Source: Magallana gigas (lineage: Eukaryota). From it: 64,000 bases of DNA. Shown piece after piece: positions 1 through 19,300 of the stretch; the first letter of the stretch is position 1, and each line of letters begins with the position of its first letter. The notes below the pieces were generated by a model, which was given only the letters and a program-made list of their open reading frames with translations, had not been told where the DNA came from and made no database searches. Position numbers and translations under genes: made by a program. The stretch lies in NCBI RefSeq assembly GCF_963853765.1, contig NC_088854.1:7130001-7194000 (forward strand), in the 5' to 3' direction.

Positions 1-89
1 GATTATGGATACTGTTAAAAAAAAGAAAACAAAGACACTCCGGTTTGTTGTCACATCGACAGCTTTTCTCTTGTCCATTTTCTTTGTTA

Positions 90-430
90 AGAAATGAGGA
101 ATCATTCTTTGAGTATTTTGAGGTGATAATTTTGGTCGCGGCGTGGTCAAATCCAATAAGGCCCAAAGGAGAATGATTCTTTATTACAATGTACTTATAT
201 AATTTTCAGCAATATTGACATATTTATGTGATTATCATTTCTTTTAATTATGCAGACCCCGTTTGTGCCCCAACAATACGTCATTTGAATATATTGGACT
301 ATACAAAACAAAATCGATTCTTTGTGTTATCACAGACAAAAGACACTGGAATTTGAAAATATTTTGTGATAACACTTCCAATCTATCATAAAGCCCTTTT
401 TGGCTTGGCTCTATTGGATTTGATCACCCC
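90..430. repeat. Internally deleted copy of a palindromic interspersed repeat family (also at 39143-39305 and 63730-64000)
   Basis: Shares GAGGAATCATTCTTTGAGTATT..GAGGTGATAATTTTGGTCG..GTCAAATCCAATAA and ATTGGATTTGATCAC motifs with the complete palindrome at 39.1-39.3 kb. Confidence 0.7.
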
Positions 431-979
431 CGTACAGCATGAATGTTCTATAAAATGACTATTGTATATCGGATATTTGAAGTAATGACAATATAATGTA
501 TTTGTATAAGCACATTTTAAATACAGAGCCAATGTTACAACAATGGTTGTATGGATGCAATAACCACCATTAATGATGTTCGATCCTCACCTCAAAGTGG
601 TGTTTGCTGTGCGGACTATTTTGTTAACATAGCTGACTTTCAGGGCGATGTTTGTATTGAATTCACGCTCTTAAAAAAGGTAAACTGTTAAGTGCTCAAT
701 GAGGAAAGTTCCCAGTTTTCATATTAGTGTTGAGCATGTACAGACTTGATACCCAACTCATACAAATCTATATGGGAAACAAGAAGCCCATGCTCAACTG
801 AGCAATAAGGAATTATATACAAAACATCTGACAAAGCTGAAATAGATCCTATATAAAAAGGATTTCATATTTTCCTCCAGACATTATCATGTAACACATT
901 GTGCCCCTCTTGTAACAGGATGATTTATAGTCATAATGCACATTGGACAATTTAGTTTTTAAGATGATCTTAAAACAAC

Positions 980-1042
980 TAGATAGATAGATAGATAGAT
1001 ATAGATATATATACACACAGATAGACACACACACACACACAT
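980..1042. repeat. Compound microsatellite (GATA)n(TA)n(CA)n
   Basis: Directly visible tandem units. Confidence 0.9.
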
Positions 1043-1628
1043 CAAACATTGAACCTCATTGGGGTTCGAAAATTGTCCAGGGGCCCCAGTCTAAACAATG
1101 AAGAATTAACGTCAAAATGCTTGCACACATATAAGTATAAAACATACAGTGCATAGTGTGGCCCCACCCTACACAATGGTATCATAATTTGAACTAACTC
1201 AAATCTACACTACCTAAGGCTGCTTCCACACAAGTTAAAGCTTTTTGGTCAATTGGATTTTGAGATTTTTAAAGATTTGTCTCTGTATTTTACTTAGGGA
1301 TCATGGTTTGAACAAAGTTGAATCAACACTACCTAAGAACAATGCTTTTACACAAGCTACAGCTATTCTAGCTATTTGGTTTTTGAGAGAAAGAGATTTG
1401 AAAAAAATATCTCCAATTCAGTCCTTTGTAAAAATTTAAACCCCCCCCCCCCACTCCCGAGGTTCATGATTTGAACAAAGTTTAATCTAACCCTCCAAAG
1501 GCTGTTCCCAAACAAGTTACAGCTTTTCTGGCAATTGGTTTCTGAGAAGATTTTTAAAGATTTTTCGCTACATATTTATACGTAAAAGTTAGACCCCCCT
1601 CCCCAATTGCTGCCCTATCCTATCCCCC

Positions 1629-1711
1629 ATCTTCGCTAGCTAAAGTTTTCTGATCCGCACCGCTTTTCTTTGAGAAGCGGTGCGGATAAGAAAACCTTGG
1701 CTAGCGAAGAT
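1629..1711. mobile_element. ~83-bp palindromic mini-element (hairpin MITE)
   Basis: ATCTTCGCTAGC...TGATCCGCACCGCTT/AAGCGGTGCGGAT...GCTAGCGAAGAT self-complementary; second copy at 55091-55170. Confidence 0.8.
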
Positions 1712-2536
1712 GCCTATCCCCAGGGATTATGTTTTAAATAAACTTGAATATACACTACCAAATAATGCTTTCACTTTATTGTAAACAGTTGATTTTTTGA
1801 ATGAAAAATTTTAAGGATTTTTCCCTACTCATCCCTTGGAAACAGTTTGAACCCCCCCCCCCCACCATTGTGGCCCCATGGTTCATGATTTAAACAAACT
1901 TGAATCTACATTACCTATGGATGGTTCCACTCAAATTACAGCTTTTCTGGCCAGTTGGTTTTTGTTGAAAAGATTTTTAAAGATACGTCTCTAGGTATAG
2001 GTTTCAAAATTAAGCCACTTGACGTTTTGTGCCCAAACCTTTCCCATTTACTGTGATAAATTGCAATATTTTGGTATGCATGGGTCTAGACTTTTATTAT
2101 TAGGATAAGTTTTCATTCTTTTTTTTATTATTGATTTCTTTAAGTGGAATCTAGACCCATTATGGGTCAGAATTCGTGGTTTTCACAAAAACTTCAAAAA
2201 ATTGTTTATAATTGTAATATGTTGCCCCTTGAGGGCCCTTAATTGGTTAATAAAGAAATTGAATTGAATTGAATTGTAATACTTTTAAAGTTATTCACAA
2301 TGATTACTTCCTTTTAGGTAAAACATTATTTTAAAAAAAAGTTTTATGTGACAGATATAGAATTATTTTGGAAACATTTAGTTTTATTTGTTTGACTAAT
2401 AGTCATACAAAAATTGCTAAATCTGGACTATTTAACATCATTGCCAGTCCGGTAAGAGAAATCTTTCTCTCTCTGTGCTCGCTCGTTCTACTTGCACGTA
2501 CTTATTCTAAATTATTTTTCATTATATAGGGGAGAG

Positions 2537-2801
2537 ATGCATGCTGACTATTTCGATTTATATCTGGATTCTCTCGGACGCCAAGGACCATTCTATCGAA
2601 GACCCTGCCCGCAACATCTGATCATGATGTGCCGATCCGCAGTGGGAATTAACAAGCTGAAAAATTTCATTCGCGTCATCTGTACGGAAGGCGGTTCAAG
2701 GGAAATTATTCGAATCATAGCGGCAAACGCACTTGCGCGACCCAGCTATATTTGTCTAGTGTTGAGGAACAACAGATAATGAATCGTACTGGTCATCGCT
2801 C
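2537..2801 (+). pseudogene. Frameshifted, truncated Crypton-type (DUF3504-like) tyrosine recombinase fragment
   Basis: ORF frame gives LYLDSLGRQGPFYRRP..VGINKLKNFIRVICTEGG; a frameshift at ~2695 continues FKGNYSNHSGKRTCATQLYLSSVEEQQIMNRTGHRS (HxxxR and TGH boxes); ends before the catalytic Tyr. Confidence 0.7.
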
Positions 2802-3330
2802 AATTTTTTGTTGAATTTAATTATGTAGAAGAATTTGAGTTTAGAGTTGTTATGAAATTGATTAAAGCATAAGTTTTGTGGTAGTTTTTTTTTTTCTCAC
2901 TGTACAATAATTCAAAAATTATTGTACGTTACTATCACCATGCCTTCTTTCATAAAGTACAATAACTTGTAGATTCTATTTATTGTACGGCGATATGCCA
3001 TGCCTACTCGGGTAAAGGACAAGTATTGGAAATTATTGTACACCAGTCATCAAAGGAAAAACGCCGCTTAAGTGCCACAATCATATTTAGCTTGCCAATA
3101 CCCATTTCAGTAAAACGTTTTTTTGCAAATTAAAGGTCTAAGGTTTGAAAATACACTGAACAACCTTTGTTTATCTTTTATTTCTCAGACATTAACAAAC
3201 AAATGGATAAAATTCTGCGTACATTTGTCAACAGCGGTGCATGCTGCATTTCATGTGGTTCACACAAAAGTAGGTGGGGCTGTGCTTCCCCGTAATAACA
3301 CACATATATATCTGTAAGGACTGTCACACC

Positions 3331-3460
3331 CATCATCAGAATACAACCGCAATTACATCATCAGTACACTCGCAATTACATCATCAGAGTACACCAGCAA
3401 TTACATCATCAGAGTACACCAGCAATTACATCATCAGAGTACACCAGCAATTACATCATC
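3331..3460. repeat. 25-bp minisatellite (GCAATTACATCATCAGAGTACACCA), ~5 copies, in probable OGT 3' UTR
   Basis: Three near-identical full units plus degenerate flanking units; candidate minus-strand AATAAA at ~3178-3183 lies beyond it. Confidence 0.85.
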
Positions 3461-3889
3461 TTGATCAAGGAATACTCAACACTTGCTCAGGCTTATCCAA
3501 GTCCACATGCAACTTCTTCACTATTCAATACTCAATGAAAGTACACGTCTTAAAATAGAACCCAAACTCAAAAATTAAAGTGCATCTAAGGAAGGCAAAG
3601 CAGATAAATCAATGAATAATGAATCAATTAGTAAATATGCACCAATAACACATATAAACACACTGACAAAAATAAATATAAGATGGTATGATGTCTCTAT
3701 GTTGGGATATATTTACAAGGGGTATCAATGCATAATGATTAAATCATTAACTCCCTATAAATACAGCATACACTAGGCAGTCCGCACACGTAGGGAGCTG
3801 TCCTATTTGTTGACTTCCTCAGCACTATCATAACGGCTCCCATGGCCGGGAGAGTCACAGATCACTTTGATGGGGCTTTATAGAGGTCA

Positions 3890-11539
<7,650 letters not shown>

Positions 11540-11783
11540 TGTTGGCATTTCTTTGTGGAAAATGGCTTCCTCTGCAACCTTCTACTACGTTCTAAAGTAT
11601 CGGATTGGGCTAAATCATTCACAATTTTGATGAATAATTCCCTGAAGAACTTCAAAGAGAAGGCAAAAGTTCAATCACTATCCAAGAGTGGAAGTATCTA
11701 TATAATATTTCTCGACTTTAAGTCCAATACTCTTTCAGGACACACGTCCTCCTTCTTCGGCGAGACAACTAATGAATATTCAA

Positions 11784-11795
11784 CACGTGACGTCA
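11784..11795. promoter_or_regulatory. Overlapping E-box/CRE motif CACGTGACGTCA upstream of OGT
   Basis: Exact CACGTG and TGACGTCA palindromes ~245 bp upstream of the OGT ATG; function inferred only. Confidence 0.4.
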
Positions 11796-12628
11796 GATGG
11801 AAAGATTTTCTGTAATATTTAATTTGACCGTAGATATTTGATCTTATCATTTTATTTTCAAATTAATGATCATAATATATAACAGCCATGCAAAAGATTC
11901 AAACGACAAGAAAATAAATTCATGATATACTTCATTTATAGGGGAAATATCTTTGGAAAAATTGATGACGTAGTTGTCACATGATATCTTATATCGCTGA
12001 GCGCAAAAGGTTAAGCAGCCGCGCGGGCGGATCTCGTTACTCGACCAACATCTCACATTACAGGGGGTTGAACGATCTGGCAACTATAGTGATCATAAAC
12101 TGTGTCTACCTATCGGGAAACTTGGTTTTCTTAATTCGAATCAAAGCATTATTAAAGCCGACCATAATTATTGAAACTGACTTCAGTAGTCCACATATAA
12201 AAAATAGAACCCAGAGCCCAGAAGAGACAATTAGGATAAGATATACCAATGAAAAGTATAGCGATTAGTAAATGATATTGCACTACTAATTCCAACAATG
12301 ATCTTGGACTGTTTATAGAAAAACGACAGTGAATTCATAAATTTTAGAATATTTTTTTCATTAATAAGTAAATTCAGGGGAGGGGGGGGGTAAAGAGTTT
12401 TTTTCCCTAACATACTCTTCCTGAGATCCTAAGAGAGATTATTCGGCTTGCATCATGATAATGCAAAGGTTATACGTGTATCTGTATGGTCCTAAAGAAG
12501 AACTTAATTACTATTGTATTTAAAATAAATGTATCAAATTTCACAAATGTGTTGACAAAAAAAAGCTTTAAAAACATATTTTGTTTTCAATAAAATAGAT
12601 ATATCAATATGTGGGAAAATAATAAATT

Positions 12629-13455
12629 GACCTCGGCCCAACGACACCTCGGCCCCAGGACTCCTCGGCCAAGACGGGTCGGCCCAAATTTTGAGACACC
12701 CCGGCTCAAGCAAAAGACATCTCGGCTCAAGCAGAATTAAATAAAATTTCAATGATTTTCATGTTTTATTTTATTGAATATATAGATTATATGATATATT
12801 TAATTTGTAATAAAAAAAAATAATTTAACAGTTGTTAGTTTTTTTTTTTAAATTTTCCATTCTAATGGTAAAGACCTCGTAAGATGCAAGAACTTGTGTC
12901 ATATAACTATATCATTATGTATATGATATATACACACACACTCACATTAAAATATGTTAAAAGTATTAAAATATTAAATATCAAATACTTGTAAAAGAAG
13001 TTGAATTATTAGAAAAAACGAGACCATTTAGTGCTAATTGTTAAGCAAACAAGAAAGTAAAATTATGAAAATGACGACAATTAAGTGCCAATAGATAAAC
13101 AAACAAGAGGATACGGCACACTCCTTTGGAGTCTCAAACGCGTGTCACGGGTGTCAATGGGGGTTTAATTAGGAGCAGTTAATTATGAGACGTTCATACG
13201 AAATGAAAATTAATGAAGTAGCAAAATATTAACGACATAAATGAATAGATACAGTAATTACCTGCCCCTGTTTATAATTTAAAATGCTAACGAAAGTTTC
13301 TTTGGGCCGAGGTGTCTTGTACATATTTGTAACTGAAAATTTCTGTGGGCCGAGGTGTCTTGTTCATGGGCCGAGGAGTCAATAGTTTTGGGCCGACCCG
13401 TCTGGGCCGAGGTGTCAACCGCCCTGGGCCGAGGTGTCGTTGGGCCGAGACGTCC
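12629..13455. mobile_element. Non-autonomous DNA transposon with repetitive inverted termini, between OGT and COG8
   Basis: Left CCTCGGCCCAACGACACCTCGGCCC is the reverse complement of right GGGCCGAGGTGTCGTTGGGCCGAG; multiple subterminal CTCGGCCC/GGGCCGAG units; AT-rich interior; no clean TSD. Confidence 0.75.
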
Positions 13456-13900
13456 GTCTACCATAAATTGACATACTTTTGGGACGTTCAAAAATGCGTA
13501 GTACTTACCGAAAATATGCATTGGAATCTATATACCTCCACTTTTAAAATCGTACACACTCTTAACAGTTGTGTTTCTTTTAAAGTTCTGTAAACGACAC
13601 ATGGTAAACGATTTTCTATAGGCTATTACAACATATTTTTTTCCAATATAATGTCCTATTCAGCTTAAGTGCCGCTTGCATGATATAAATATATACCTAT
13701 ATTTGTTTCCCATCATCAATCCAACATAGAATCCCAATGCTTTAAAATACCTATGTAGTTTTACATGCAGATAATACAGTCGATCATGTATATCCACCGC
13801 AATTATGTCATCAATTTTATTTGGGGCGAAACTTCTTAGGACCGAAACGACTGGTTACCGTTATGTCTTTTCAATCAGTCGCTTCCGGTTAGTGTAAACG

Positions 13901-15745
13901 ATGGACGTGGAAGATGAAAACATCCTTGCTGGGATCTTTAAAGATTCCTTTCCAGAAAACTGGCAAGAAAACACAGACTTCTTACAATATCTTAGTGAGT
14001 TAAGTTCGTATGGGGTGCAGAAATTGTCACTTGAGCCTGATAGTTTAGAAGAAGAAAAGAACGAAATTTTGCAAGCGACACAGAATCTTGCATTTCAACA
14101 CTACAAAACATTTATTCAGACAGCAGAGTGCTCCAGGGATATTTTTAAAGATTTTCAAATTGTGGAGAAACATGTTGGTGACTTATTGGAGAAACTGCCA
14201 GAGTTTAGCGAGGAATGTAAGGGTGTCATGCAGAAGGCACAGGAGATTAATGCAAGTCGACGGATGAATAACTTGACACTTCAGCGCCATACACAGCTCC
14301 TTGAAATCCTAGAAATGCCTCAGCTTATGGACACGTGTGTCAGGAATGGATATTATGAGGAAGCTCTAGAACTTGCAGCTCATGTCAAGCGACTAGAGAA
14401 AAAACATGGCAATATTTCTATCATAGCTACAATTGTTGATGAAGTTAAAGGATCTACGCAGTTGATGCTGAATCAACTCATTCAGCAGTTGCGAACCAAT
14501 ATTCAGCTGCCTGCTTGTTTGCGTGTGATTGGCTATATACGGCGTATGGATGTATTCACAGAAACTGAACTCCGAATCAAGTTTCTCCAGGCAAGAAATA
14601 CATGGTTTCAAGGAATCCTGGATGCTATTCCCAGAGAAGATCCATACATTCATATAACAAAAACAATAGAGACTAGCAGAGTCCACCTATTTGATATAAT
14701 CACTCAGTACAGAGCTATCTTCTCTGATGATGATCCACTCCTGAGTACGAAAAAAGATGATGCTGTTAGTGAGGCCTCCTTGTTTCATGGTTGGGTGGTT
14801 CACAAAATCTCTGAATTCCTATCTACTCTAGAACAAGATTTAATGATGGGAATTGGTGAACGATTAGATTCTATTTTAGGTCAGTGCATGTATTTTGGAC
14901 TCTCTTTTAGTCGGGTAGGAGCTGACTTTCGAGGCTTGCTTGCTCCAATTTTCCAAACTGCTGCTGTAACTGGATTTGGAAACACACTTAATGAAGCAAA
15001 CAAAAGATTTGAGTTGGACATGCAATCTTACAACCTCATGGCACAGACAAACACTGTGGGTTCTGTTCCATACACTGCACAAGGGAATGAACTCTATCCT
15101 CCAGCCATTCTTCTGGATTACTCCCCTTTGGCTGTTTACTGTAATCATGTTTTGAGTGGTTTCAATGAGCTTCGATTATGTGCCCCAGTCTCTGTTGCTC
15201 ATGCAGTAGCTGAAGCCTTGGAGAACTCTCTAAATGGGGTCAATAACATTATTCTCTCATTCCATCGCGCTGAGGAAACTACATTTGATCAAAGAGAACA
15301 GGAAAAATTTACTAAATTTTGTGATGTTTATGGAGAGACTCTTATACCTTATTTAAGCAAATGTCTGCAGGCATTATTTCCTCCTCAACAGTTATCTGCC
15401 CTTCTTGGTGTTCCTGTGAACTTGATTGATATCGAAACCGTGGTTGACAGAATCAGACATCTGATGCCTGTAAAGGAAAGTGTTGATGTTTTATCCAAAC
15501 CCAAAATGGAAAACCAGACACAGCTGCCTGCTAAGGAAACGGAACAGAAAGCAGAAGATCTGCAGGAAACGGTAATTGGCGTACCAAAACCAGACAATGA
15601 ACCTGCAACTGAGCCTGATACTAATCCCTCCATAGTGCTCCAAACTTCAGAAGCAGAGAACATTGAATCAGATTCCGAAAATCAAGGAAAAGTTGTGTTC
15701 ACAGCTGGCAGCTGTGAACATAGTGAGCACAGTGACATAGAGTGA
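13901..15745 (+). CDS. COG8: Conserved oligomeric Golgi complex subunit 8, single exon, 614 aa
   Basis: Uninterrupted ORF with Dor1/COG8 motifs (QTQNLAFQHYKTFIQTAECS, LLEILEMPQLMDTCVRNGYYEEALEL, SILGQCMYFGLSFSRVGADFRGLL). Confidence 0.95.
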   Translation: MDVEDENILAGIFKDSFPENWQENTDFLQYLSELSSYGVQKLSLEPDSLEEEKNEILQATQNLAFQHYKTFIQTAECSRDIFKDFQIVEKHVGDLLEKLPEFSEECKGVMQKAQEINASRRMNNLTLQRHTQLLEILEMPQLMDTCVRNGYYEEALELAAHVKRLEKKHGNISIIATIVDEVKGSTQLMLNQLIQQLRTNIQLPACLRVIGYIRRMDVFTETELRIKFLQARNTWFQGILDAIPREDPYIHITKTIETSRVHLFDIITQYRAIFSDDDPLLSTKKDDAVSEASLFHGWVVHKISEFLSTLEQDLMMGIGERLDSILGQCMYFGLSFSRVGADFRGLLAPIFQTAAVTGFGNTLNEANKRFELDMQSYNLMAQTNTVGSVPYTAQGNELYPPAILLDYSPLAVYCNHVLSGFNELRLCAPVSVAHAVAEALENSLNGVNNIILSFHRAEETTFDQREQEKFTKFCDVYGETLIPYLSKCLQALFPPQQLSALLGVPVNLIDIETVVDRIRHLMPVKESVDVLSKPKMENQTQLPAKETEQKAEDLQETVIGVPKPDNEPATEPDTNPSIVLQTSEAENIESDSENQGKVVFTAGSCEHSEHSDIE

Positions 15746-18700
15746 TTTTTGATGTGAAGTGATTTGTTTCTTCTATTTTTGTTTAGGGATGATGTGACAA
15801 TGTATCAATATTGACATATGCTTATAAAAAATAAATTTCTTTATATCTTCTTGAATTCTGATTTAAGAAAAAAAACCCAGCCTCTCCCCGTCCTTCCCAG
15901 AAGGTGCAATGCAGAATGTTATAGTGTAAGCGAATGCACTGATCTAGAGTCAGTTATAACCCCTTCCCCTGGAATATTCAGACTTCATGATATTCACATA
16001 GTTAAAGTGACAGAATATAGGTATTTAGGCATTGGACCTTTGCATGACCCCTCCCCCCTCTCCCCCCTCCCCCCCCCAACATGCACATGAATCAAGTGTC
16101 GATACATGTATATATAATCAATGAAAAACTTGAAATCAGTTATTTTCATCCCAGTGATGCTCTGTTTAAATTACATTTTTTTAAATTAATGACCTGTTAT
16201 GAAAAATAAATCAAGGACAAGAAAGACAACTCTTCCTTACTATTTGTCAAACAATATTAAAATGAAAGTAGAGTTGTTCCTCTTAGTCCCCCACTGATGA
16301 TCATGTGATTGTGTATTGAACCGAATGTCATGCAGTTTAGACCAGAAGAAAACACGGTCACAAGAGGATGACAGGCTAAACAGTCAGCACCAACTCTCAA
16401 CAAGGTAAGGCTTTGGGGGAAAAGAACAATTTCCACATCTCATGTTTGATATTGGTGTAAATTGCGCAATTGAATGCCAAGATTTTATTCAAACGTTTTA
16501 TAAATAATTAAGTCAACACTTACAGAGTTACAGTAGTGACCAGTAGCCTCTGCCATTGGTCAAATGTTATCATTTCCTTTTAATATAGCGAATAATACGT
16601 GTATTCAGTGTTATTTATAAATTTAGTTGAACACACACAGACCTTTTTGTTGCAATTTGTTTGGGTTTTTTTTTTTGGGGGGGGGTATATTTTTTGTTTC
16701 ATGAAAAATAAAATAACATCGGGTGATGCTCGATAGGGCAAAATGATGACCTATAATCTAAAGGCCATTCATCTGTCTTGGGCAACTTAAACATGTCCTT
16801 GTGTATTAAGTTAGAAGAGTGGCTTAGAGATGAATCAGACGTCCTGTGCAGGTATATAAACTGTTAAAGCAACAAATATAGTGAATTTTAGTATGTATAC
16901 TCTTTGTTTTAAAAAGAGCCCAATTTTTGTGGGAACCCCTCTTCCAATGAAATTGTAGGTATTTTTTGTAGTTAATCTCTTTAGAAGTTGTATGATTGTC
17001 TACTTTTTAGATTCTAAAGAGAATAGGATTTTTTATGCATATGCAAGTTAAACTCTGTCCCGAGTTTTTGCTTCCACCACTTTTTGCTTGATATTTCAAT
17101 AACAGTAAATACCTTTGTGCTCAAACTACGTTCATCCACTAATATAAAAAATGTCCAGATTATCTGTTTTGAAATGCCCCCTCTACCGCTTCAGGTTTCA
17201 ATACACATCCCGAAATTGAAAGTCTACGGAGATTTTGCATTGCAGTAGCCATTAATAAGCCCGGATTGATAACGTTAAAAAATTGCGCGATGTATTCCGA
17301 GTGTATTCTGAATGGAGAAAAGATGTAAACATTCCCCATTATAAATCTCCGTAAGGAATCTGTTTTTGTTCCTGTAAATTTTTCTGAGTGGAAAGGGATA
17401 ATTGATCAATGAAGATATCTTGGATATATTCCCTCTTAACGATTTCAGGTGTATTTTTTTCATAGGTATGTGTATTTTTATTAAAAATCATCAAAAAGCG
17501 ATGGAAGCAATAACTTGGGACAGACTATAGTGCAATTGGCCAAAGCATCACAATTACCAAAAGATTCTAATTAAAAGGTAAAAAAAAAAAAAATAATAGT
17601 TGAAAGCTATGGCCAAAAAAATAAGTCATACCCTTTATTTTATTTCTAATTTCTCCAGTGTTTACTAAGTACCAGCTAGTACATGTAATGTTCAGACATG
17701 TATTGATAAGTTATTTATGAATGCATGGAAATAAAATGCAAAGTTCGGGACGCATTGAATTATAGACTCTGCACTATAGAATTTGGAAATAAATTAGGTG
17801 AAATGAACTAATTAATTTGTTTCCTATTATAACTTTGAAACTTGGGTTGTTACTTTTAAGCTTGCAATTGGAGGGAAATTTTGTTTTATGGTTGCGTTCA
17901 AAGTTTAACGCAGACTTGTTGATTCTTAAATTAATAATGATTTCTTTATGAGGAAACTTTTAAAATGGGAACACAGTATTTTAATTATAAAAACATTATA
18001 AAAGATTTTTCAAGTACCTTAATACTGTGTGATATGTCATGGAACCAGAAACTCTGACACTATTGATTTATTTAAGCCTCATAAAAGTGCAAAGTTTTTA
18101 GCATCAAGTGAAATATGAAGGATTTTCTCAGTATTATATAACCTCTGAAGAACTGATTTTGATATGCATAGCATTCCCATTTAAAATCTCTCATTAGACA
18201 TGTTTGAAAACAATTCAAAACCATAATAAATTTAAAATATTGTACAGAAAAGTGGGTTTTTAATATGACATGATTGTTGAAACGTTGGCAATGATAAACC
18301 ACCTGAAATGCCTGTATATTGCTTTAGAACTTGATGCAAGTGATCTTGTTGGGACTTTTCTGTTCTTTTTATGATTATCTGACATGTGTGGTAACAATTC
18401 AGGAAATATTTTTGATGTAAAATTCAATCAATCCATTGATTCTCTCACTCTAGACTAACAAATTTAGTTGTGCTGCAGTAAGATTTTAATCTACAACAGA
18501 CTTAAGATGGAGGGGAATGTAAAAGATTCATTTTTAAATACTTTTATTGTAAGTGACCAAAATTTTAGTTTTAGGAAGATTTGGAATAAAAGCTCAGGCC
18601 GGGTTCACATCCTTTAAGTTTGCACTGCAAAATCAAATGATTTTAGTGGGATCATATTCCAGCAAATAGCAATGTCGAAAAGTTTACTTGGATATGAAAC

Positions 18701-19300
18701 AGTTAGCCACATGTTCTCCTTTTCCTCTCGGGAGATTTGATCATGTACAAAAAAAAACTCAGTTCATTTCCTTTTAACCTTTAGAACATTGTTCTTAATT
18801 TCATATAGTTTCATGTACCACGGTATTAACATTTGAAAAGGTTAAAATTGTTTAGAACAGTTACCATAAATATTTTAATTATAATAAATATTTTTTTTAT
18901 TCATAAACAACAGTCAAATTATTAGCTTAATTGTTTAATGATTATTGTGACATCATATAAATATGACCTCTTAACCAGTTTAAAAAAAAATCACATAAAA
19001 GTGAACATTTATGGCACTTCAGTCAGTTCATATAAGGAAATATTATTTTGCAAATGTAAATATTTTTTTGACTACTAATTTGATACTTCCCTTTATATTA
19101 GTTCTTGTGTGAGAGCAGTGTACTCCAAATATTGCTAAAATTCATATAAATGACAAAATCATTGTTCTGAATATGTCTCATATAAATTATTTGCCTTGAA
19201 TTCCAGTAATGGAAGAAAGTATATGCATGTAAGCTCTTTTATTGTCATAATGGTTGATTGGAAACTGTTGTCTTTTATGTGCATTGTGACAGCATTCAAC

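Larger units (their letters stand above)
778..1990 (-). mobile_element. Degenerate HINE/Helentron-like element with Cg170-like satellite units, reverse orientation
   Basis: ACAAGAAGCCCATGCTCAACTGAG at ~779-802 resembles the reverse complement of the 3' end of the 22.8-25.1 kb element; several decayed units are reverse-complement homologues of the 166-bp repeat (TCTACACTACCTAAGG..GCTTCCACACAAGTT..AGCTTTT). Confidence 0.6.

Noticed and set aside
849-1049. 66-aa ORF
   Set aside because: It is a translation of the CA/TA/GATA microsatellite
3855-3889. Extended OGT C-terminus
   Set aside because: Re-reading the frame gives ..SRHRKAL-stop at 3892-3890; the longer reading was a miscount, and KAL is not a canonical PTS1
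15746-16300. Peptide deformylase gene overlapping COG8 as in mammals
   Set aside because: No deformylase motifs in any frame; the 90-aa ORF at 15818 is low-complexity UTR sequence
16294-16400. Possible C/D-box snoRNA (CTGATGA)
   Set aside because: No properly placed D box or terminal stem; better explained as a UTR exon
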